From assembly GCF_021028975.2 (NCBI RefSeq), contig NC_059427.1, positions 125,922,001 through 125,986,000 on the forward strand: a DNA stretch of 64,000 nt, read 5' to 3'. Source of the DNA: Sphaerodactylus townsendi. Taxonomy: Eukaryota. Below, piece by piece: positions 26,104 to 38,400 of this stretch. The position numbers and the translations under genes are program-made. Below the pieces are notes generated by a model. The model did no database searches. It was not told the origin of the DNA and worked only from the letters and a program-made list of their open reading frames with translations. Each line of letters starts with the position of its first letter. Position 1 is the stretch's first letter.

Positions 26104-29100
26104 CTGTGAATAAGATAAGAAGAGCTCATGGATACCTCTAACATTTAAGCAGCCAACCTCTCCAAGAACAGGGTACAATGGGATGCCTTAAAGCAAGTAG
26201 CCAAGTAACCGGCAGGGTGGATTGAGGGAGGAGGGACTTAAAAATTATGTACAATTTAAAAGACAATATTTTAAAAATAAAATTCAGCTACAGAATTTCT
26301 ATGACCATCTAGTGAACAGACTGAATTAAAATATGCCTTTTTGCATAAAAATTAAATGGGAAAACACTTGACGTCTGAGATTGTGTTTCATGAAGAACAA
26401 TATTGGATTTACTTTTAGAGGGCAGGCGTGTTGATCTGCAGCAGAACAGTTAAATTAGGGTCTAGTAACACCTTAGAACAGGGGTAGGGAACCTGCGGCT
26501 CTCCAGATGTTCAGGAACTACCATTCCCATCAGCCCCTACCAGCATGGCCAATTGGCCATGCTGACAGAGGCTGATGGGAATGGTAGTTCCTGAACATCT
26601 GGAGAGCCGCAGGTTCCCTACCCCTGCCTTAGAACAACAGGATTTTTGGAGTATAAGCTTTCAAGAATCAAAGCTCCCTTGATTATGAAAGGAACTTTGA
26701 CTCTCAAAAGCTCATATCCCCAAAATATTGTTGCTCTCCAAGTTGGTACTGAGTCCAAATCTAGCTGTATTTATTTTTGTCTTCCTACCAGGCCTTAGGA
26801 AGCAGGATTTCCTAATTACCACGACAATCCATAAAGGCTCTAGTGATGATCCTAAATTCCTAGTTCATGCTTTTTGCATAGCTGAACATACCTGTTCTAT
26901 TCTCAAGTAAAGAGTATTTAGGATATTACTCACAACATGAACATCTACTCCCGTGGTGGCGAACCTTCGTCACTCCAGATGTTATGGACTACAATTCCCA
27001 TCAGCCCCTACCAGCATGGTCAACTGGCCATTCTGGCAGGTGCTGATGGGATTTGTAGTCCATGAACATCTGGAGTGCCAAAGGTTCGCCACCACTGATC
27101 TACTCCATTCCATGGAAAAATGGTATATAAATAATCACCCCTGATTGTATAAAATCCTTGCAGCCAAATCCTGCATATGCACATTTGGAAGCAAACATAT
27201 AGTTGTGCTGAAGATTGTGGCTCTCTGGCTGCCTGTAAAAGCCCAAGTGTGAATGCACACAGGTAAACTAGAGCTGTGTGGGTAGAGTAATGGGGATTTA
27301 ACTATTTAATCTTCAGTCAGTTTCGCAAATTGAAACCAACCTTTCATTATCAGCATTTAACATTTACAAAATGGGTTTTAAAGGACATACTCCCCCGCAC
27401 TCCTTTAAAACAAAAGTACAGGTTAGTTAAAACAGCCAGTGACTGAAAAGCTAAGATTCCTTTCCTCTTCCCTGATCCAAACCAGGATTGTGTATATACC
27501 CATACACAATTCACTTTTTACAGGTAGCTGAAAATCCATGATCCTCATTGTGACTGTTTGTACCCTACATCCCATCTTGCTCAATCGGACTTTCTTCCAA
27601 ATATGTGTTCACAGAATAGCAGCCCTAACTTTATGGTAAACAGCTGTTGCTCACTACCCTTGCACGCATGCAGAGGCAAACAAAAACTTCTCTTGTTCCA
27701 TGACCAGCCTTAATTTTCTTTTCTCTAACCAAAGGTGGACATGTGATGTGAACAAAGATTTTGGATTATTCTCCCAGGTAAAATAAAAGCTCTATTTAAA
27801 GGGAAATCAATATGTTTACATTGCTATAGCAATTTATAGCCAAAAAATGTATGTTTGCTCATTCTGAAATGGAGATTTTCAGTCTATGTTGGGTAGCTCA
27901 TAGATACTCACCTTCCCACTGTCAAACTCTTCATCCCAGTCATCAAGGACTGTCTGGCTGTGGAGCCACATAGCATCATGCACGGCATCCTGGCTGACAG
28001 CAGACACCTCACCATCCCATGTCAGTACTGTGGAACAAATCAGAAGAGCTCAGAAACTGTGGAAACTCTGTGTCTTAAGGACTTTGCTTTCTTACCCAGG
28101 AATCTAGCAAGGACAATCATCCAGAACAAGTCAACAGGAACATCTTATATTCCAGTGGTGGCGAACCTATGGCACGGGTGCCAGAGGTGGCACTCAGAGC
28201 CCTCTCTGTGGGCACGCATAGAGTGCCCCCCTCACATCTAGGCTGGCCTGAGCAGCTGGGCTTGATTATTAGCATTAAACCTAAGACCTAGTTTTGGGGA
28301 AGAAGTGTAGGTAACCCTGTTAAGCGCTGTTAAACCCCACTGATTTTCATGCAAAGAGCTAAAGTGTGATCCTTTACCTGGGAGTAAGCTTGATTGCTGG
28401 CAATGGGGCTTGCTTCTGAGTAAACCCTCCTAGGGTCATGATTCAAAAAGCAAAGAAAATCTGCCTGAAGCTTCATGTCCATGTATCTGCTACATTCTCC
28501 TCTCCAGACACATATCGCTTGTTCTCATTTCCATAATATCTACTATAACAAAACTTTACTGGCCCAGGGCATGAAGCAGAAATCAAGTACATGTAAACAA
28601 AGCAGATTTAAAGATTTAACCCAACCATCTAGCCTACCATTTCTTGGTTGCAGGTCACAACAGTACACACACAACTGTAAACTGCAGGTAAATCAAGCAG
28701 CTTTTAAACCAACTTCACACCGTTCTCATAGCACAGGAAGACTTAATCTGCTTATAGATGGCCCTAAAAAGGTTGCATTCATTACCTTCTTTTCCATAAG
28801 CTTTATCCAAAGAATCCTTCAGCAGCTCCTGGACCACATCAGACTGCGCTCGTTTGCACTGAGTCACTTCCTTCTTCGGACTCAGCACATTTGAGGAGTA
28901 CTTGTCCCAGTGTTTATGCTGGCTGCCCCAGGTCAGTGCTGCTGTGTAAAGGAAAAATGGGGGGAAAGTGGCAGGAGACAGAGAAACATTTGAGGACACA
29001 AGTTAGAAATGCAAGTGCAGCGCTTGGCTTTTTGCTGTGAAACTGTGCAGACAACCCTACTGCGGGGGTGTTCAGAAAAAAAGAACAGCATTCACTGCAC

Positions 29101-32100
29101 ATCAGTAACAAGTAAATTTCTCAAGTGCCATCAAGGTTAAAAAGATCATCTACAAAAAACATATCTGGGGGAAAACCATCATCATAAAAATAAGCATTTC
29201 TACATATAATTGCCAACTTAGAGTCTTTCACACCATATCAAACGGCCCACAAAGCAATGATACTACGTAATGCATTCTGGACTAGTCATAAAGTTCTGTT
29301 CAGTTTGACCCCTACCACAAACTTCAAGTCCCTATGCAAGCAACTGTAGTGGGTATAGATTTGCCCGCTTGTGGGAAATGAACCCTGAACCACTTTTTGA
29401 AGCGCCTGTACTCTCAGGAAGAGATGCCGAATTCCATCCAAACCCCCAGAGAGGAAATGGTATTGAACCTGAAGATAGACTGCAAGGTCTTGGGACAGGG
29501 TGGAATATTGGCCATATATTACATGTAGGTCAGCATGTAGTTAATTCTTCTTGTTTGAGGGTATGTTAGTCTTTCAGGTTCTTTGAATATGGGTTAGAGA
29601 TGTTCAATAATGAAAGTAAACAGTTGGGAATGCTGAAAAACTGTGGGTATGAGGCAGCAATGTTTCTCCTCAGCAAAATAAAGGCAGGTTGACAAAGCAG
29701 CATAACGGTAACAGCAACAGCTTGGTTCTGGGAAGCAGTGTGGTTGGCCTGGCTTAGTCTACCAGAGCAGAATGAACCATCACTCCACAGATTCCAAGCT
29801 CTTTCTTCACACATCTACCCAAGCCACTCTTGATGCAGACAGGTCTGCCATACCTGGAGAATCAACTCTGGCTGTGCAAAGGCCATTCTCACTTAGCTCT
29901 TCAGGGGGGCTGATGACCTCAGAGGCGGAACCACCCAGTTTCTCCCTCCTCTTGTGCTTGCGGTGCTCACTCTCTGCAGCAGTGCTGCCTTTGTCTAAAC
30001 CTGGCAAAGAGAGCTGCTTTTTCTTCTTTTTCTTCTTCAGGAAGCAGGACTCTTCCGTAGACACACGTTCCAAGCAAACCTCTTCCTCATATTGTGGAAA
30101 ACAGCTGAAAAATATTTTTTAAATGTAAGTTACATTACTTTAAACTGGACTGTGTAAAAAGAAGGTTAACAATGTTGACTAAGGCCTAAGAACAATCTGA
30201 TTTAGCAAGATCACTGAATGTAATATAAAATATGTTAAAGTTTATACTGAGCCACTTAAAAGTGAATCCATGACACAGGCTCACAGAATGCTATGTAAAG
30301 AAATGAACCAGGAAGAAAATATGCAACATCAGGCAAATATCTTAAATACAGTACAATTTATTGATTTTATTACTGTGCAAATTCCAAATGCTTAGGTCAG
30401 GGGTCCCCAAACTTTTTAAACAGGGGGCCAGTTCACTGTCCCTCAGACTGTTGGAGGGCTGGACTAAAAAAAACTATGAACAAATTCCTATGCACAAATG
30501 ATTGTAAAATGTTTGATTTCACCTTTCAGCCTTTCTGTCATGGTCTATTTTTAGAACAGTAACCAAAGTATGTCAAGTACAGGGTGGGCTCCAAATATTG
30601 TTGGGGAGGCTGTGGAATACCTTCCCCTGTAAAAAAAATAGCAGAACTTTCCCAATGAAGCATTCCATCTAACCCAGGATCAGGTATCTTCCTCCCTAGC
30701 AGTGAGCGATTCACCAGCCTGGCTGATGCCAATGGGAGTGAGGCGGAACAGAAAGCCTGAGAGCAACACATGGAGTAGCCGAGAGAGAAGGGCGGAACAG
30801 GCGTTGCCACATGCAAGGTTTCCAACTCTGGGTCAGAAAATTCATGGAGATTTGGGGGTGCCATCATGTAATTGCAATCAACAGCCGTTGGGGCCGGTTC
30901 CTCCTCTCCCTCGAGCCCCCACTGCACATGAATGGAGCCATCGCCGCCATGCCTGGCGGGCCGGATAAATGCCTTCAGGGGGCAACATTTGGCCCCCGGG
31001 CCGTAGTTTGGGGACCCCTGGCTTAGGTGGTGAAAAAAGGAACATGTACCAGAGAAATACTGTCTTATCTGGAAAAACTAGACAATGACTTGGATCCTGT
31101 CTACACTATCTGCAAATGCAGTAAAAACGGTGTTCCTAAAACACAGAAGGAGTTTGGAGGAGGGGGGAATGAACAGCTCCCCCCTCACCCATGGAAATTC
31201 TAGGCAGAACCCAAGCATACATTTCAAGAAAGTTCTTGGCATTTCCTCCTAATAAACTGTCTTACTTAGGAATCATGTGCTTAGCTATCATGTAGAACAA
31301 ACATATTCTAAATCTTGCTTCTGTGAGCAATTCTAAATTACAGCGTGCAAAATTCCACCATTTATACACAATGAGAGTTTTTATATTATGCCCCTGCTCA
31401 GTATTTAATTGGGAAAAGATTTTTAAAAAACTGTTATATCTCCAGCATTAATATAAATGCTTATTTAGGATATACAGGAGATGCAAATGTGATTTAAAAA
31501 ATCTGATCTGACTGCAGACGTATCCTACGAAGTATGTGCTAGGAGGGCACTAGGAAGCAACAGTTCAAAGGCACTGACTGTGGTTGGCAGTCATGGGATT
31601 CAAAGACCTATTACATGGAAGGAGGGGACTAAAAGGCCATTGCTGACCTAACCCACTGCTACTAAGGAGACCACTTCCTGGGAATGCAGGCCACTGCAAA
31701 GGAATGCCGAGGGTTATGTTACGGCCTGAAGAAAAGGCCCTGGATTCCAAGAACATTTGTGGTGCTGCTTAGCTATACAAACACCATCCACACCCCATGC
31801 TGCAGTCATTCAATCCCTATCCCAAGTATAGAAGCAGCAAACTCTTACTTGTTCACAGGGGACAGCAAAGATTTGTAGTCTTCCTCCATCTGCCGCAGCC
31901 TCTTTTTTCTCTTTTTTTTCCGGATGGAACTGGTTAGATTTGAACCAGGTACTGTCTGATCCTCAGCCATTCCCTCCTCTTTTCTTTTTCTGGCTGCCAC
32001 CTTCACCTGTACAGAAGAGGCCATGATGCTGCCATTCTCCTTCAGTTGCCTCTTCTTCCTGGGAGGACTGGAAAGCCAGGTCCTGACCACATTGTCTTCT

Positions 32101-32446
32101 ATCATGCTTGGGCTGCAATGGGTACCTTGTGCCTCTCCTGAAGGGCTATGCTTCCTTTTTCTTTTTTTGGAGCTGGCAAAGGAAGGGCCCTTAGCTTTGT
32201 CTGAGTCAAAGTGTCTCCATGCCCCTTTGGGCACAACAGGTGGTGACAGAGGGGCAGAAGAGAGGCAGCATGATTTGAAGCTGGATGAGGGTGTAAAGTT
32301 GGCAAAGGTGGCGTTGGCTGAGTGTGGAGGTGCCGAAGATTTGGAAGCAGATGAGAGCACCCTGAAGGAAGAAGCACACACAAAGCTCACAAACCTACAC
32401 ATCCTGCCATGATTGACATCCTTGCAGAAAACCACTATAGTTCCTA

Positions 32447-32481
<35 letters not shown>

Positions 32482-35400
32482 GAAGAAGAAGAAGAAGAAG
32501 AAGAAGAAGAAGAAGAAGAATTGGATTTATATCCCCGCTTTCTCTCCTGAAAGGAGACTCAAAGGGGCTTACAAACTCCTTCCCCCCTCACAACAAACAC
32601 CCTGTGAGGTAGGTAGGGCTAAGAGAGCTCCGAAGAACTGTGATTAGCCCAAGGTCACCCAGCTGGTGAGTGTTGGGAGTGTACAGGCTAATCTGAATTC
32701 CCCAGATAAACCTCCACAGCTCAGGCAGCAGAGAAGGGAATCAAATCCGGTTCTCCAGATTAGAGTACACCTGCTCTTAACCACTACACTACAGCTGCTC
32801 CTATTCAAACACAGCTATCACTATTACCGCCAAACATTTAATTTAATTTCATTTATTACATTTGTAGGACGCCCTTCCCCTTATGAGCTTAGGGCGGCTT
32901 TCAACAATACAAAATAAACAGTACAGTGCAGAAATATAATAAAACAAGAATTAAATTCCAAATTATCCTTGATGGTGACTAACACTCAACACTATACATT
33001 CCTATTCTTGAAGGTTGCAAATAGGAATGGAAAGGGGTGGGGAAGAAGGAGAGGTTTGTCTATCCACACATTTCTATAATGCAGGCATGCAACTTTGGTG
33101 CATGCACACATGCAGAATTGCAATCTGAAATGGGGAATTTGTAAAGGCTGGGACTCAGTAGGTAAGAAAATGATTTCCTTGCAGAAGATCCCTTTCGAAA
33201 ACAAAATCTGTCCAGCAAGAAGTCAATCCTATATTCAACCTCAGCACTCTCCGGTTCAAGCTCCCTGGTTCACAGATGTTAGAAAAAGATTTTTCACTGC
33301 CTGAGACACTCATGAGCCACTGCTAGTCAGAGCTGCCAGTACTAATAGATCAGTGATCTGATTCCATGTAAGGCAGCTTCATACATTTTGATACTGCATC
33401 CAGAACTGTTAAATCTTACTAACCTAAGGGAGACTTTTGGAATACTGGCTTTTATCCTGGGCTGTCTGTCTTTAGGGAAATTCTTCAGGTCATTTGGGAG
33501 GTAAATAATCCAAACATCTTACTGCTTGCTTTTTTAAAGAAGACATTCTTCTCATTCATTGCAAACATACACTCAAAGACCATTTCAGGCAGCATTAGCA
33601 AACGTTTCAGCATTTTAGAGATTGGGGGGAGGCGGGGGACTTTCTGTGCCCTGTGCTATTTCCAGTTTCTCCCTTATATGACTGGCTATATTTTCTCAGT
33701 CTCTGTTACCCATTAGCGCTCATCTTGCTGGCATACTTGTTTTAAAAAGTTACCAAGCCCTGCTCAAAAGCAAATAAAGCATGAAAATTCAACTAGTTTA
33801 CACTAAATGAACAAGTCAAACAGCGCAGAATTGATACTTTTGCTGCAAAGCATGAGGAGAACCAAACACAGTATGAAAAACAATTGCTACTGAGCAATGT
33901 TGCTGCATGCCTTTGGAGAGGCAAAACTATGCGGTAGTCCCAAGCAAAGAGGTGCCACATATCTCCAGGGAACCTAGATAAATCAAGCTGAGATTATCAG
34001 CTCTGAAGGAAGGGAGCAACCAGCCACAGAATAGCAAACGCAGGAAAGAGCAGACCCTAACTGATGTGAGGTTATGCAGCTAGACTTTGTTTTCAAGGAT
34101 TGTAACAGCCTGTGCAAAGATTCTCAGTCCTAAGGAGCAAGGCTTTCTATTCCAGAACAAACAACAGAAGTACACCAAAAGCATCTGAAGAGCAAAGCAT
34201 CAGTCAGTAGCTTGTGAATGCCAACAGAGAACCAAACTCACTAGGGATCCAAGAACTAAAAGCAACACCCTCCACCCACTAAGGGCTTTGAGCTCTTAAT
34301 GCCTTTCGCAAGTGCTCTGAATTATTACTACAGCAATTGAAAAAGCCACATAGCAAGGAAAACGTCTAGAGTGTGCCTAGCCCTCGCGTATTTACCCAGA
34401 AGGGCATCTGGGGACAGCTTACCTGCGATAGCCAAGTGCAGCGGCGCAGACGGGGTGGGTGGTGTTTGTGGCGGCTGGTGGGGAGTGGGGTGGTGCCTGA
34501 TGCTCACTGCCGCTCACTTTCTGCAGTGTGTTGTTGCCCTGTAGTTATTGACATAAATAAAAACTTGGTGGTCTAAAAAAGAGGTTTCCATGACCCAAGG
34601 GAGGAGGGGGTGGAGTAAGAAGAGAGGGAGGGGACAAAAACAAAAAGGGGCGGGGGCGGGGGCAGGGAGGGGAAGAAGAATCAGAAAAGTGTTTGTTGTT
34701 AGAAACAAAGGAAGAGGAAGGACATGTAAGAAGACAGAACAGTGTTAGCAAAAAATAACAGGCAAACTGGCATCTTCTCTTCCCTCTCAGCTGCTTGCCA
34801 GGGCCCACGTCAGGAGTGCCAGCCTGGGCTTCTGAGTTTTGCACATGAAGCCAGACCACACCCTTCTCTCGACATGCCCTGACCATGCAAAAGAGCTGAT
34901 GGGAGTGAGAGGACATCAGGTCTACACAAGCCTAATAACCCTTCTTCTAAGACAAGGGCCCCCTTCAGACCATGAAAAAGCAGTTCCCACGGTAACAATC
35001 GAGAACTTGAGGCAAGCAGTTTCCCTTCAAAACTGTTCTCTGAGTATACAAAGTGGAGACTTGGACAATCTGCTAATGCCTGGCCTTCTAAGATAATAAG
35101 GTGAGCCAGGTTAGAATTTTACTTAGTCTTTCATCAGCAAAACACCAATGGGTTAGAGTGGCAATTCCAAACACCCCCCCTTCCCTTCACCTCCCCTCAC
35201 CATTTTCTCCTCAACCTGGAGAGCCCTCCCACCCCACCCAAACGCACCTTCCTGGCAGACAGGGCCAGTTTCTTTGCAGGTGGGGGGGACATGGTGCTTC
35301 CCAGCTCCAGATTGGTCATAGTAGCAAGCAATGGCGATTTTAACTTGGCAAACTTGGAGTCCTCAGAAACAGATTTCCCAGAGCCACAGTCTGTTTCCTG

Positions 35401-38400
35401 AGAGGAGCAATAGCCATTGATGCCCATTGTGGCTTGCGGGAGCCCCTTGTTCGAGTGATGTGCTGGACTGGATGAAGAGGAGCTGCTCGAAGATGTGGAA
35501 GAGGTTGTTAAAGATGAGGAGTCCTTGCTTTGCAGATCGGCACCTTCGTCACGAGCTTCATCCGTAGGACTCTCTAGCAGCTGTGAAGAGGGAGTCAAGC
35601 CCTTGTCTTCCCAGGAATTCAGCTTGCACATCTCCACCCTGGCAGCACTAGTCTCACTGTAGTCCTGAGATGTCTTGAGGAAAGACTGCTTCTTGGATCT
35701 CTTGCTTAAGTCATCCAGGAAAGTTGGCTTGTTGAGGAGTTTCGGCGACAAGAAGCCAGTATTAGAGAAGAGCTTGGGAGGAGGACCAGTCCCATTCTGA
35801 GGTTTGGAGTTGGAAGGAAAGGAGCTGCGGGGTACAGGGACACCAGATTCCTCAGGCTCCAAGATCTTCTTGGCCTGAGACACATCTGACCTCTGCAGAG
35901 AAGAAAGGCACAGAGATTGGAAAGAGATCCACACAGCCAACGTTTGTGTTTTACAGGAGGATAGCACTCGCACAATAAAGCCAGCTTCAGGCTCTGAACT
36001 AGCTACCACATATACCCTTAAACCTTCCGCCCTCTCCTCCCACGTGGAAGGCATTAAAATAATTAGTTAGTTATAAAATAATATTATCCTACACCAACTG
36101 AAATTTTCCCAAACAATGTATTTATCCATGCCTTAATAGCACAAGTCCTGAGCCACGTTCTCCAAAACTGCAGATGAAGTGATAAACCTGTGCCAACTGA
36201 GATTACAGACAAATGTGTATTGACCTCCTTCCTCCCTCTTACTCAAATTAAAAGATTCATGAATAATTCTCCCTATCTAGATTCCTGCATGCAGATAACA
36301 TTTTGTATGAAGGAATACTCAGTTTTGGGATATCCCTCCATCTACATTCTGAAGTGGTACAGCCCAAGTGGAAACTTACCACCTAAGTGAAGAAGAAGAA
36401 GAGTTTTGATTTATATCCCCCCTTTCTCTCCTGTAGGAGACTCAAAGGGGCTTACAATCCCCTTGCCCTTCCCCCCTCACAACAAACACCCTGTGAGGTG
36501 GGTGGGGCTGAGAGAGCTCCGAAAAGCTGTGACTAGCCCAAGGTCACCCAGCTGGCGTGTATGGGAGTGCACAGGCTAATCTGAATTCCCCAGATAAGCC
36601 TCCACAGCTCCAGCGGCAGAGCAGGGAATCAAACCCGGTTTCTCAATACACAATGCCCCTAAATGAGAGTTAGTCCCCAATACAGGCCCCTATTCTAATC
36701 TAATTAAAGTTAACTTCTAATTTGCTAACATGCTTGTCCACAAACATGTTGCCAGATTTTGCAATAGATGTTTCTCCATACCCCATCTCCACCTAGCTAA
36801 CTGGTTGAGAGCAACTTCACTTCTACCTGCAATTATCTTAACCAGTTAGGGAGCTACTTTCTCCACTGTGGAGTCGGGTGTAGCTTCCTGAGAACCTGCA
36901 GGAAAGGGCAACAGGTATTTTGTAAAAGGATTCAGTTTCCTGTATTTTTTTTAACCAAGTTTCCAGTCACTATAGCTGTGAAGACACAGCACTGGGTACA
37001 ATCTGCTGAAATCTCAAAAGTCAGAAAGGTTACTGAATAAGATTTTCAGTAGTTAGAGCAGCGGTTCTCAACATGTGGGTCGCGATCCCTTTGGGGGTCG
37101 GACGACCCTTTCACAGGGGTCACCTAAGACCATTGGAAAATTACAGTTATGAAGTAGCAACGAAAATAATTTAATGGTTGGGGGTTACCACAACATGAAG
37201 AACTGTATTAAAGGGTTGCAGCATTAGGAAGGTTGAGAACCACTGAGTTAGTGGAGGCTGGCCTTCAGTGGCCTTGCCTCTCTCAGGACTAGCAAAACCA
37301 CAATTATGCAACATCATCGTGCAATTTTGCAGTACTGGAACAATTTACACAAGGCCTAAAATTTAAACTGACAGTTGCAACATTTTAATTAATCTATTCA
37401 TTTTAGCCTGGGAATACACAGTTCTTGAATAGTAGCTGATTCTGGACATCAGGTGGGCTAGATGGATAAGCAGAAACTCACTTTGCTGATCAGTGGTGAC
37501 GCGAGGGCACCATTAGTCGTGCTTCTCTTCATGTGGTCAGAGACAATGCTTGCTCGGTTGGACACAGGGTAGCTCTTGGAGAGTGACCCTTCAGAACTCT
37601 TCCTGGGACTTGGGATCCTTGGAAGGAAAGAAAGAAACACATAAAATGATATCCTGCCACAGCCTTGCTCCAAAGAATGTGCACAAAACAAAGGGTAGGA
37701 TCCAAACCAAATTTTTCACTAATGGAAGGGGTGAGGTAGTTTCCACAATTCTCTCTTCCTTCTGCAGAAGCCCAAATCACTCCTCATGCTGATCCTCAGG
37801 GGTCCCTGTCCCCCAAGGAAGATCAGTGGGTTGCTGGGAGTGAAGGAACATTCTATTCCACTGAAGGGTTTTGCAGGAACAGTATAGATGCAACCCACAA
37901 TCTAGGACTGACATCCAGTATGACTGATTGAGCTACCTCGGATAAGAGAATTCCTTAAGGTCATCAGAGAACAATAACAGGCAAGAGCTACAAGCGAGTC
38001 TGCCAGCCACTCCCTTCCTTCAAATGAATACAAGGTTGCACTAACAGCAGCTTTATCGTCATTCCCGTGTGTTAAGCCAAGTCCAATTTTAAGTTGACCC
38101 CTTACTCCTCTTCCACTCCATCTAGCAAGAAGACTGGGCATGCATGAGCAACAAGATATCCTTGAGAAGCAGGAAAAATGGCTAGGAAGAGTTCCACTGG
38201 TGCCACAGACACCCCACTTACCTAAGATAAAACAGCACGTAGGCCTGCTGATTGAGAACAACTTTGATGTTGCTCGAATGTACCAAAGAATCATTCATCT
38301 GGTACCACTGACCATTGCTGGCCTGAAAATGGGAGAAAGAAAGGAGAATTTGTAAGTGGCTCCCCAAACAGGCAGCCAGGGAAAAGCTACTAGCACTTCA

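Noticed and set aside
26479-26626. Hairpin as a microRNA precursor
   Set aside because: TIRs, an 8-bp TSD and related copies identify it as a MITE; nothing in the sequence supports a miRNA call.
29334-29469. Possible extra USP36 exon (acceptor TCTTCAG|GTTCAATACC, open phase-1 frame [12 protein letters not shown]...)
   Set aside because: No phase-compatible GT donor was found before the in-frame stop, and the flanking exons already join in frame.
32409-32612. ORF with poly-Ile/poly-Arg resembling a membrane or basic peptide
   Set aside because: It is the translation of the (CAT)n(AGA)n microsatellite and SINE tail.
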